From an uncultured Candidatus Saccharibacteria bacterium (GTDB lineage Bacteria > Patescibacteriota > Minisyncoccia > Phycocordibacterales > XYD1-FULL-46-19), in assembly GCA_964639285.1 (NCBI GenBank), contig CAZXCI010000001.1, forward strand, positions 142,305-206,304: a DNA stretch of 64,000 nt, read 5' to 3'. Below, one piece after another: positions 1 through 8,217 of the stretch (position 1 is the stretch's first letter; the number at the start of each line of letters is the position of its first letter). The translations under genes and the position numbers were made by a program. The notes under the pieces were generated by a model, which was not told where the DNA came from, did not search any database, and saw nothing but the letters and a program-made list of their open reading frames with translations.

Positions 1-88
1 GCCAAATCCGGTGAAGATTAATAAAATCCCAATAATACCAAAAGCGACCGAGGCATAAATAAATGTGAGTGTAGCTATTCTCTGCATA
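1..88 (-). CDS. partial small membrane protein; N-terminal 29 aa (MQRIATLTFIYASVAFGIIGILLIF...), ORF runs off the window start
   Basis: ATG at 86-88 on the minus strand, hydrophobic translation with no stop before the window edge; follows ORF 97..285 in the same orientation. Confidence 0.25.
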
Positions 89-96
89 TAATTGTA

Positions 97-285
97 TTAA
101 CTAAAATAAATAAGGTAACCAATAAAGAGTGCTAAGATAATATACCAAGCTGTCCAACCTTTGGTGAGAGGCAGGTAACGTTTGAAAAACTTAATATTAT
201 TCCAATAATCTCGATTGCCACACCAAGCAATATAACCAGCAACTAAACTGTCGATTATTAGAAGCCAAAAAATAATTTGTAACAT
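97..285 (-). CDS. hypothetical small membrane protein (62 aa)
   Basis: ORF track; two predicted hydrophobic helices; no recognisable family. Confidence 0.3.
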   Translation of the reverse strand: MLQIIFWLLIIDSLVAGYIAWCGNRDYWNNIKFFKRYLPLTKGWTAWYIILALFIGYLIYFS

Positions 286-369
286 AATTAAAATATTCTG
301 ATTAAGCTAATAGGCCTCGACTCGTCTAATTGTAGCATAACTTGAGCAGAGTCCATCAATTGGGATAAA

Positions 370-405
370 AAGAAAACCGCCTCCAACGGTTTTCGTTGTG
401 GGCGG
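370..405 (-). terminator. putative intrinsic terminator downstream of ORF 409..603
   Basis: minus-strand GC hairpin TCCGCC...GGCGG followed by TTTTCTTTTTAT. Confidence 0.45.
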
Positions 406-408
406 ATT

Positions 409-603
409 TTACCCAAAGAAAAGATTTCGAAAGGTGCCATTAAGGGGGATAATTCTCCCTCCTATTTGGTGGCAATGTTCCCGGTCTTGGGGTTCTTTGT
501 CTGGGTTGGGGCAGAGCCCTTCCATTTTCAGACTCTCTTGGTTCTTGCTTAAAGAGGTCACCTTGAGACACTTTAAACAATCAGGTATGTTAGTGTTCAC
601 CAT
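409..603 (-). CDS. hypothetical small Cys/His-containing protein (64 aa)
   Basis: ORF preceded by a strong SD (AAGGAGGG about 8 nt upstream of ATG) and followed by a hairpin plus T-tract; has CxxC and HCH motifs. Confidence 0.45.
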   Translation of the reverse strand: MVNTNIPDCLKCLKVTSLSKNQESLKMEGLCPNPDKEPQDREHCHQIGGRIIPLNGTFRNLFFG

Positions 604-1410
604 TTTCTCTCCCTCCTTCTGGGGCTTAGGTTTTATTCTCTAAAAAAGAAAAACACTCTGTTTTCATTTCTACCATATTTGCCACCGGGAAACAACAAAG
701 ATAAGTAATTTTAAAATAAGGTTTGTTATAGAATAGGGCATATGAAGAAAGCCCTCATAATTTTAGTTGTATTTATTGTTTTGTTGTTTGTCCCACTAAT
801 TTCTCAAAAAGCTCCTGTTGTTTGTGTCAAAGCGCCGTGCCCAGAATATGTGGTCTTCCACATTTCGATTTTTGAGTATATTGCCTCTACGTATTTTAAT
901 TGACGAAGCTCTCACTTGTTCAAGAATGAAAGGATTGAATACAAATAGCAGCTCTGGAGGGGTTAGAGATCATCTTTCTACTCCCTAGAAATGGACATGA
1001 ACATTGCCGTCAGCCTTCTTTTAAAATCTTCATTGGGAGAAAGATGTTCAATAATGCCCTGACTTCTTCCGACCTCTTCATACCCTTTATTGTCTATCGG
1101 ATGATTTGAACCAGTTACATGGTTTAAGAATACCAGCATTGCTTCTTGTCTCTTATTTAATTTTGAGCCCTCCTTGTCTTCGGAAGGATTGATCCCTTCT
1201 AAGTTCATATTTATTCAAATTATTTTATCAGCAACATTAATAATAGGTTAATTATAGCAAAATATGAACAGAAAAAGAAGAAAGGCTGTCCGAACCTGGA
1301 TAGGGGAGAACGAAGGCCTTTATTTTTTGTTGTTGGGGTAAAAAGAAAATCCCGCACTTAGACATTTTAGCTAATTCGAAAGCTTTCTAAGGTTATGCTA
1401 AAATAGCTCT

Positions 1411-1896
1411 GTGATTAAAACCAATATTTATATTGACGGCAATAATTTATATCGTGGGGCCAAAGAGCTTGGGTTTGAGATTGATTATAAAAAATTTTAT
1501 GGTTGGCTTCGGCAAAAATATGGCTCAGATAATATTTATCTTTTTGTCGGCTTAGTCCCAACCAGAACCAAATTTTACGAACATCTCCAAGAATGTGGTT
1601 TCATTTTAATTTTCAAACAAACTGTTTCGGTTGGGGGAGTGGTCAAGGGGAATTGCGACGCCGAACTGGTGTTAAAAACTGTTTCTGATTTTTATACTAA
1701 AGCATTTGATAAATGCATTCTAGTTTCTGGTGACGGCGATTTTGGTTGCCTGGTAGAATTTTTAGACGATAACTCTGTTTTGGATCGAATCATTTCTCCT
1801 GATGAAAATAAATGTTCAATTTTACTAAGAAACAAAAATACCGAGATTACTTTTCTCAATGAACATTACCATAAGTTTTCTCGAAAATCGCCTTAA
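1411..1896 (+). CDS. NYN-domain (LabA/DUF88-like) PIN-fold putative ribonuclease, GTG start
   Basis: motifs IDGNNLY, NCDAELV and SGDGDF are typical of NYN/LabA-like domains. Confidence 0.65.
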   Translation: MIKTNIYIDGNNLYRGAKELGFEIDYKKFYGWLRQKYGSDNIYLFVGLVPTRTKFYEHLQECGFILIFKQTVSVGGVVKGNCDAELVLKTVSDFYTKAFDKCILVSGDGDFGCLVEFLDDNSVLDRIISPDENKCSILLRNKNTEITFLNEHYHKFSRKSP

Positions 1897-2087
1897 ACCC
1901 TAACCCTAAAAGAAAAAGCCCCCGATGCAGACGTATCTACATAAGGGTCTCTTTCATAGTTATACTAATATAGTATACTTTTTATACAAATTGTCAATTT
2001 GTTCTAATTGGGCTCCGATGCTTGTTTTTGTCGCTTAAGAGCGAAGAAGGAGAGAGAAAACTAGAACTTATATGTAATTGAAAAATT

Positions 2088-3104
2088 TTAATATTTGCGT
2101 TTCTTAAGTTCTTTCTTGGCTGTTTTCATAAACTTTCCAAAGTCACGATCTTTTTCTCTTTTTTCAAGTTTATTCATTTCAAAATATTCAGCTTCCTTTT
2201 TTAGACTAATATAATTAGAATAGTGAGCTTTGTTTAATCTGCCCAAATCTAGAGCCGCTAATACTGCGCACCCAGATTCTTGGACATGGGTACAATCTTT
2301 ATATCTACATCTCTCTGCTAAGCTGGCTATCTCATCAAAGAAGTAATTTATCCCAACAAGATTGCCAGTCATCCCAACTTCGCGCATTCCGGGGTTATCT
2401 ATCACAATTCCTCCATTTTCTAAAAAATACATCTCTCTTTTTGTTGTGACATGTCTACCTCTGGTAGAGTGGGCTGAGATGTCTTCGGTTCTCAAGATGT
2501 TCTTCCCAAGCAATCTATTAATCAACGATGATTTGCCAACGCCAGACGAGCCGAGGAAACAATAGGTCTGGTCTTTTAAAATATGTTTTTTAAGATCATT
2601 TAAATCATTATCATCTATGATACTCGTTAGGATAACCTCTGTATTTTTAAACCTATTTTTTATTTGAGACAGAATTAGATCTAATTCTTCTTGAGAAATT
2701 AAATCGATTTTATTTAACACAATGGCTGTCTCAACCCCCCCATCATTAGCAAGAGCAAAATATCTTTCAAATCGATTGAGATTGAAGTCTCGATCAACCG
2801 ATTCAACGACGAAGGCTTTATCGATATTTGTCGCGATAATCTGCGATTCATTTTTATTATTGCTTTTTCTTTTTAGCATTGTCCTTCTTGGTAAAACTTT
2901 CTGAATCACGGCATTTTCTTGATCAGCCATACTAATAGCCACCCAGTCACCGACAGCTGGATAGTCCTCTCTAGATAGAGACTCAAACATTTGCTTTCCT
3001 GTTATTTTAGCAAAATATTCTCCAGACAAATTTTTTACCTTATAGGCTCCTCTATATTCAGCGACCACTCGCGCCTTTGTTGTTTCATTATTTGTTCTAT
3101 TCAT
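2088..3104 (-). CDS. rsgA: ribosome small-subunit-dependent GTPase A (RsgA/YjeQ)
   Basis: circularly permuted GTPase order NKID (G4) - GSSGVGKSS (G1) - DNPG (G3); N-terminal OB region; C-terminal Zn finger CRYKDCTHVQESGC. Confidence 0.85.
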   Translation of the reverse strand: MNRTNNETTKARVVAEYRGAYKVKNLSGEYFAKITGKQMFESLSREDYPAVGDWVAISMADQENAVIQKVLPRRTMLKRKSNNKNESQIIATNIDKAFVVESVDRDFNLNRFERYFALANDGGVETAIVLNKIDLISQEELDLILSQIKNRFKNTEVILTSIIDDNDLNDLKKHILKDQTYCFLGSSGVGKSSLINRLLGKNILRTEDISAHSTRGRHVTTKREMYFLENGGIVIDNPGMREVGMTGNLVGINYFFDEIASLAERCRYKDCTHVQESGCAVLAALDLGRLNKAHYSNYISLKKEAEYFEMNKLEKREKDRDFGKFMKTAKKELKKRKY

Positions 3105-3185
3105 TCATGGTCAATATACCAAAAATTCCTCAGAGGTTCTACGTCATATTAAGGGTATACAAAAAAGTCATGGCTTTTTAGTGCA

Positions 3186-3388
3186 AAAAGAAAAGCACCA
3201 GTGAAGCAATTCTTCCATAAGCGAATGCTTATGAGTGGGCGGTGTGAACAAGGCCTTGGGCGACCAAAACTTGCTCATGGGCCATTCGCTCGCCACTACT
3301 AGGCCCCCACAACTGGTGCTTTGGCTAACTCTCGTGCTCTAGGCACAGGGCAGGGGTAGCCATGTCCCCACCCGACTGACACCCACAT
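3186..3388 (-). ncRNA. candidate structured non-coding RNA (GC-rich island, class unassigned)
   Basis: roughly 200-nt GC-rich block in AT-rich intergenic DNA. A perfect 10-bp helix (3194-3203 with 3312-3321) encloses a domain with nested perfect helices (gcgaatg/cattcgc, atgag/ctcat, GGGG-N9-CCCC). On the minus strand a TTGACT -35 box lies upstream and TTCTTTTT follows the closing helix. Strand is tentative. Confidence 0.35.
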
Positions 3389-3423
3389 TAGTTTTTATTT
3401 TTTAAAAAGTCAAACAGCAAACC

Positions 3424-3443
3424 CCCTACCAGCTGGTAGGGGG
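3424..3443 (-). terminator. intrinsic terminator of ORF 3454..3849
   Basis: perfect 8-bp stem CCCCTACC-AGCT-GGTAGGGG directly after the stop, followed on the minus strand by a T-rich run. Confidence 0.6.
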
Positions 3444-3453
3444 TAAAATCACA

Positions 3454-3849
3454 TCAAAAAATTCCGCATTCCGCTGCACACTGGCTCGAACAGTATGGGG
3501 AATAATTTCCGGAAAAAAATTGGCAATTGCATCTTGGACAGATTCCTCCCGTCGACGGCACCTCTCCTTTTTTGTGATGGGGTAAAAATCCAGAGAGAAC
3601 CTGAATTTCTACATCAATCTCCAGTGCCTCGTTTAAGGCCGAGGCAATCTTCGCGGCTTCTTCCCCGTCGGTATCACGGACAACGAGATAAGGTGAGTCT
3701 CGATGTTGTTCCGACATATCAAGGCAACAGAGATCTGGACTGAAAGTAATTACTCCCTCGTCTGCCTTTATCCCCAGATCAGTCACAATTTTCGAGATTT
3801 CACTACAGATACCAATTGAACTATGACCGACGATAACTATGTTGGGCAT
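3454..3849 (-). CDS. hypothetical protein with C-terminal zinc-ribbon (CPRCNC...C...CAAEC)
   Basis: ORF track; small alpha/beta-like N-terminal region plus a Cys cluster; own terminator. Confidence 0.5.
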   Translation of the reverse strand: MPNIVIVGHSSIGICSEISKIVTDLGIKADEGVITFSPDLCCLDMSEQHRDSPYLVVRDTDGEEAAKIASALNEALEIDVEIQVLSGFLPHHKKGEVPSTGGICPRCNCQFFSGNYSPYCSSQCAAECGIF

Positions 3850-4033
3850 AAAATCACCTCCTTTCTGAGGTTAAAAAGTCTAGTTCTCGATACAAAAAAC
3901 TTCCGTCTATATTTCTGACAGATTATATACAATTAATCAATAGTTGCTAGTATTTTGCTAGCGTTAGGCTCTGATGCCTGTCCTCTGTCGCTTTAGAGCG
4001 AAGGGGGGTGGAAGGAAGTTAGAACTTGTCTCT

Positions 4034-4555
4034 TTAACTTGAAAATTCAATAGCCAGGCCTTTGGCATAACGAAAACGGCCAAGAAATTTGATAAGGGAG
4101 AGAGCAATGTCATATTTTGTCCCTTCTGAATTCTTGCCAATTTCTAACTCGTCGATCTTTATACTGTGTTTGTCAGTCATAATGGATAATGTTCCAGAAC
4201 GTTCTTTTTCCACAATGGAGTTTAGAATCTTTTTCTCCTTGTCAGTTAGATGCATCTTGCTAACTAATTCGCTGTATTCGAAGACAGAGTTTTCATATTC
4301 TCCACGTTCAGTGACAAGATCTGCCACTTGATTCAAAGCTAAGCCTTGATCAAAAAGCTGTTTAATATTTTTGGCTAGTTCTTTAGCTTTCTGGTTGATT
4401 TCACCGCCAATTTCCTCGGCCGAAACACCAAGGGCTAAGAGGTAAGAAATTTGAAGGTCAGAACCGCTAATCTTGTTGGCAATGACAAAATCTCTTAGTT
4501 GAGCAATTGATTCTTGTCCGTTTTGGTGTTCTTCAAATCTAATTATTGATTCCAT
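4034..4555 (-). CDS. hypothetical acidic protein (173 aa), member of the cassette-like array
   Basis: ORF track; conserved promoter motif TTTTTGATATAATT upstream; conserved 3' flank element downstream. Confidence 0.5.
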   Translation of the reverse strand: MESIIRFEEHQNGQESIAQLRDFVIANKISGSDLQISYLLALGVSAEEIGGEINQKAKELAKNIKQLFDQGLALNQVADLVTERGEYENSVFEYSELVSKMHLTDKEKKILNSIVEKERSGTLSIMTDKHSIKIDELEIGKNSEGTKYDIALSLIKFLGRFRYAKGLAIEFSS

Positions 4556-4627
4556 TTTTTATTATTTTTAACTTATCAACTTTTGTAATAATTAAATTAT
4601 ATCAAAAATCTCTCAACGATTCTATGT

Positions 4628-4664
4628 CCCTGCCCGCATTGCTATGCAAAGCGTTGCAGGCGGG
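4628..4664. repeat. GC-rich hairpin element 'core A' (CCCTGCCCGC-N18-GCAGGCGGG), copy 1
   Basis: 37-nt sequence identical to 8028..8064, inserted into different flanking repeat backgrounds; related copy in reverse orientation at 44402..44428. Confidence 0.6.
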
Positions 4665-5116
4665 CTACGAGAGGTAGCCAAAAACACGTTGTAAAATAAA
4701 GAGAAAAAATAGGTTCCGATGAATAGAAAAAGTTTTTACTACTTTTGTGTAGAGATGATTTTACTATCATTAATTACTTCAATTGCTTTAAAATTAAACT
4801 GGTTATTATAAACCCAAACCCCGATAAGATAGAAGCAATATCATAAGATAAGATACTTCCATTATCAATGATATTTATTAACCCATTGAATATTAAAAGA
4901 CCGGCGATAATAAATAATAAAATAATGAATAGTTTGTTCATTTATATTTTATCTAAAACTTATATAATTATATTTTGCCACAATCTCTTAAAAAATTCGA
5001 GTGTCTTATTTGAAAGAGGGATACAAAATAACCCCCGCTTTAAGGGCTATTTTAGTCTGCTAGCAAAATGCTAGCAATGGCTCCGTTGGGTAGAGAGAGT
5101 TGGAACCTATTTTGTC

Positions 5117-5983
5117 TTATTCAGACGATAAAGTCGGGGTCGAGCCATTATCAAAAACGGTGATCTTTGTCGACTTGCTAATTATATCTGTAGGGCCAGT
5201 AATTCCTAGATCATTAAGTTTAAAGTCTTTGACCGTAATACTATTACCAATCAATGTCGCTCGAATAGTTCTATTTTTTGAACCGGCATCAACCTCAGCT
5301 CTAAGAGCAATATCTACCCATTTATCTTTGAAAAATCCAATGTAGAATTGTTTAAAATGAAAATCAATCCTGCCTGATTCTGAAATCATATCAGTATCTA
5401 ATATTGAGACCCCAGGCTGATCGTCAACAATCTCTATCTTAAAGTTGCGAAATAAATCGGGATCGTAATTTTCAACGTTAAAACTCAAAGTGTGAAGCAT
5501 AATATCCTGATGTGGCCTTAAACTGAAGTTTCCCAAAATGATATTGTTACCCGTTGGGGATATTTTAAAAGTTTGAGTCGGCTCCTGATTTGGACTTAGT
5601 CGTGTATCTACTATAACTAAATTGGTGGCGCTTTCATTTGAAGCGTCGACCGAACTTGTTTGAATCATTGGTTTCTGATCTAAAACTTTAGGAGTTGTTT
5701 CTTTTTTTTCAGCACTATTCTTCTTTTGAGAATAGGTCTCTGTTTGATCTATGTCTTGAGGTGTTTCTGTGGGATTCCTTAAATCTTGATCTATGGGTTC
5801 CTTAACCTTTGTCTGTTGACTTTTTGATCCTATCGCTGGGGTAGTAGAGGCAATAGGAAAAATTTTTCCTTTGAAGAAAAAACTTGAGAAGATATTCCAA
5901 GAAAGGGGATTCCACCAAGAGGCATTAGTTAAAAAGGGGATAGAAACAATTAATAAAAGGAAAATTATTGATATCTTTTTCAT
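5117..5983 (-). CDS. hypothetical secreted protein (288 aa, signal peptide)
   Basis: N-terminal MKKISIIFLLLIVSIPFLTNA signal-like segment; conserved promoter and 3' flank elements. Confidence 0.55.
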   Translation of the reverse strand: MKKISIIFLLLIVSIPFLTNASWWNPLSWNIFSSFFFKGKIFPIASTTPAIGSKSQQTKVKEPIDQDLRNPTETPQDIDQTETYSQKKNSAEKKETTPKVLDQKPMIQTSSVDASNESATNLVIVDTRLSPNQEPTQTFKISPTGNNIILGNFSLRPHQDIMLHTLSFNVENYDPDLFRNFKIEIVDDQPGVSILDTDMISESGRIDFHFKQFYIGFFKDKWVDIALRAEVDAGSKNRTIRATLIGNSITVKDFKLNDLGITGPTDIISKSTKITVFDNGSTPTLSSE

Positions 5984-6087
5984 ATCATTGAATTATATCA
6001 AAAGTCTTTAACCCTATCTAGGTGTCTGCTAGCAAAAAGCTAGCAATTGCTCCGTTGGGTGGAGGAAGTTAGAAATTCTTTGACGAC

Positions 6088-6609
6088 CTAATTACCCACA
6101 GAAACTTTTATCGTACTTGAGATCACGCACTCATGTGATTCATCGAACGGTGTGCTTAAAATTGGGGAACATTTGTCTGTATCCCAGACCTTAAAAAGCA
6201 AGGTGTAATCATATGGTTTAAGATAGGCATAGGTGTGACTGAAAGAAATAGGTTTTGATTGATCATAGAGAACAGAAAAAGGGCCCTCAATACCATCTTC
6301 GCCTTCACCTCCCCACTCGATCTGATATTTTAAATTTGCCCCAGTTGGTGCCGTGATATTTGCTGTCCACTTGCCAGTCTCACCAATTTTAAGTGAGGTG
6401 GGCCCAGAGATAGAATCTATTGATAATTGAACAACCTTTTCGTCAACAATAGTATTGTCATCATTTTCTTTTAGTGAATTATCAGAAGAACTGTCGACTA
6501 GTTCATTGGGTGTAGTAGATTTTTCGTCGCTGACCTTTTTAAATACAAAATAATAAACTCCGCCGACAATCAAAATCAAAGTAACAACTCCAATTAAATA
6601 TTTTTTCAT
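6088..6609 (-). CDS. hypothetical secreted or membrane-anchored protein (173 aa)
   Basis: N-terminal TM/signal segment; promoter GATTTTTGATATAATT upstream; 3' flank element downstream. Confidence 0.55.
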   Translation of the reverse strand: MKKYLIGVVTLILIVGGVYYFVFKKVSDEKSTTPNELVDSSSDNSLKENDDNTIVDEKVVQLSIDSISGPTSLKIGETGKWTANITAPTGANLKYQIEWGGEGEDGIEGPFSVLYDQSKPISFSHTYAYLKPYDYTLLFKVWDTDKCSPILSTPFDESHECVISSTIKVSVGN

Positions 6610-6892
6610 TTTAATTTTTACTATTTAATAATTGGCTTAATTATATCAAAAATCCTCTAGCGATTCTACATCCTATTCGGGGTCACCAAAAAACATATTG
6701 TAAAATAACAAGAAAAAATTGGCTCGCTTGGCAGTCTGCGTTTCGAACTTATGATTGGAGTATGGCCATAGGCGATCTTAAGACAACAACCAAGGAAATC
6801 AACTATTTATTGTCTTTAGTTTGATTATACTCTCGGTAGGGGTGGGGTACCCCCAGATATTTGGTTCCATGTTTTGTATATAAACAACAAAC

Positions 6893-6952
6893 CCGCCTCG
6901 CTCACACGACGACTTGGGTTTGTCGCGGTGTTCGCGGGCGGGGCTAGTCTAC
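6893..6952 (-). terminator. terminator-like GC hairpin repeat (paralogue of 8165..8217) overlapping the stop of ORF 6944..7231
   Basis: AAACCCGCC...GGCGGGGCT hairpin followed on the minus strand by TTTGTTGTTTAT; same element about 1.3 kb away. Confidence 0.5.
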
Positions 6953-7231
6953 GTCAGGGGATTTTGGCTGAGAGAACTCCTCAAAAAGACCGATCGCTAC
7001 AAAACACAAAAAGAGGAACGCGAACCCCAAGACGTAAGGCAAAGGGTCTGTCACCCCACTGAGGGGTAAGAGCATCCCTAAGAGAAAACCGACGAGAAGA
7101 TTCTCTTTGAGCCCCATCTCCCAGGGGTTCTTCGGCTGTTTCCTCTTTATGTAGCTCACCACAAGGCAAGCGATAAGAGAAAGAATAATGTAGCCAAGAG
7201 CGGACAAGAGGTGGACGAAGATAATGTTCAT
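6944..7231 (-). CDS. hypothetical small membrane protein (95 aa)
   Basis: ORF track; three hydrophobic segments; the last two codons and stop (V-D-stop) lie inside the repeated terminator element. Confidence 0.4.
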   Translation of the reverse strand: MNIIFVHLLSALGYIILSLIACLVVSYIKRKQPKNPWEMGLKENLLVGFLLGMLLPLSGVTDPLPYVLGFAFLFLCFVAIGLFEEFSQPKSPDVD

Positions 7232-7456
7232 TTGGTATATCCTTTTCTGTTGAGGAACGTTTCAATGTCTAATTTGATCATAGCACTTACAATGTACTTT
7301 GTCAATATCTTAAATTTAATTTTAAGTTCGGACGTTCTTTTCGGGGTACAAAAATAACTCTTGTTTTAAGGGCTTCAATTTGCACTTCTGCCTGCCGGCC
7401 TCAGTGTCTTCCTTGTCTCCACTCGTTGAGCTCCGATGGGCAGAGGAGGTCCGAAC

Positions 7457-7990
7457 TTATTTTTTATAAAAACTATTATCAGATGCCGTAATCTGTATCA
7501 ACGCATTTCGAAGTGATTCTTCGAGACTGACCTCTCTTAAGATTGCTCCCCCAGAATATGTCCCCCAAGTATCATTTGGAAGTTTTCCAAATTCTTCCTC
7601 AATTAAATGCATAACATCACAGTGCTCCATTTTAAGTTCGTTCATTTTCTGGAGAATATAATCGGGTACCTTTAAACCGCTTGAGTATCCATAGAATTCC
7701 TTTCCATTTTTATCAATTATGGCTGTCCAAGCTTCCTCGTAAATATGTCCATAACGCTCAATTAGGCCACTTTCAAGCCCAATAAAAAAGTCAGCACCAG
7801 GCTCAGTGTTCTTAGCACCTAACGCTCGATTTCTTGATCCGTCGTAGGTTTGTTTATCGTAAGGGGTATCTGGTACTTTTGAATCTGAAGGACAACCCTC
7901 AACAGACACTGGCCCAGTGAATAATTGACTCACGACTTTTTGAGTAATTAAAATTTTTCTATCACTGGTTGAACCAAGAATAATTCTCAT
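7457..7990 (-). CDS. yjjX: non-canonical purine NTP pyrophosphatase, YjjX/DUF84 family (inosine/xanthosine triphosphatase)
   Basis: VSVEGCPSDSKVPDTPY...GSRNRALGA...ADFFIGLESG matches the YjjX signature block (AVESGVPEQPFG...GARNRV...ADFWVAIEAG). Confidence 0.7.
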   Translation of the reverse strand: MRIILGSTSDRKILITQKVVSQLFTGPVSVEGCPSDSKVPDTPYDKQTYDGSRNRALGAKNTEPGADFFIGLESGLIERYGHIYEEAWTAIIDKNGKEFYGYSSGLKVPDYILQKMNELKMEHCDVMHLIEEEFGKLPNDTWGTYSGGAILREVSLEESLRNALIQITASDNSFYKK

Positions 7991-8027
7991 GGCGTAATTC
8001 TATCAAATTTCGAATTAAAGTTCGAAC

Positions 8028-8064
8028 GTCCCTGCCCGCATTGCTATGCAAAGCGTTGCAGGCG
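8028..8064. repeat. GC-rich hairpin element 'core A', copy 2
   Basis: identical 37-mer to 4628..4664. Confidence 0.6.
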
Positions 8065-8164
8065 GGTCTACTCGGGGTACAAAAACAACCCTTATTTTAA
8101 GGGCTATTTTCACGAGCTCCGATGGATACATAAAGTTCGAACCACACTTATCTTTTCATAAACA

Positions 8165-8217
8165 ACAAACCCGCCTCACAACTGACAGCGGGTTGCTGTG
8201 GTTGTGGGCGGGGCTAG
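8165..8217 (-). terminator. terminator-like GC hairpin repeat (paralogue of 6893..6952) overlapping the stop of ORF 8214..8525
   Basis: AAACCCGCC...GGGCGGGGCTAGTCGAC; supplies the V-D-stop end of the upstream ORF. Confidence 0.5.

Noticed and set aside
1897-1908. Telomere-like CCCTAACCCTAA
   Set aside because: Only two units, directly after a stop codon; consistent with chance.
2362-2904. Short ORFs antisense within rsgA (2362..2565, 2722..2904)
   Set aside because: Fully embedded opposite a strongly supported gene. The same reasoning applies to 3495..3743, 4089..4331, 5100..5345, 12345..12689, 13088..13462, 14266..14481, 15103..15647, 25441..25761, 35072..35446, 38206..38984, 55219..56140 and the other embedded ORFs.
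3186-3388. Assignment of the GC-rich RNA to RNase P RNA, SRP RNA, tmRNA or 6S RNA
   Set aside because: It is too short for RNase P, and I found no GGAAAGUCCGG or ACAGAANCCGGCUUA P4 motifs. There is no GNRA-capped domain IV with AGG/AGCA loops for SRP, no tRNA-like ends for tmRNA, and the ends do not pair as in 6S. It is left unclassified.
2012-8136. Integron attC sites (CALIN-like cassette array) as an explanation for the 3' flank elements
   Set aside because: In the gene-sense orientation the boxes do not form the required inverted RYYYAAC ... GTTRRRY pair. The GTTAGGC at 3963 arises from the conserved GGCTC block, and the distal box is GTTAGAAC, a direct rather than inverted repeat. No intI is present.
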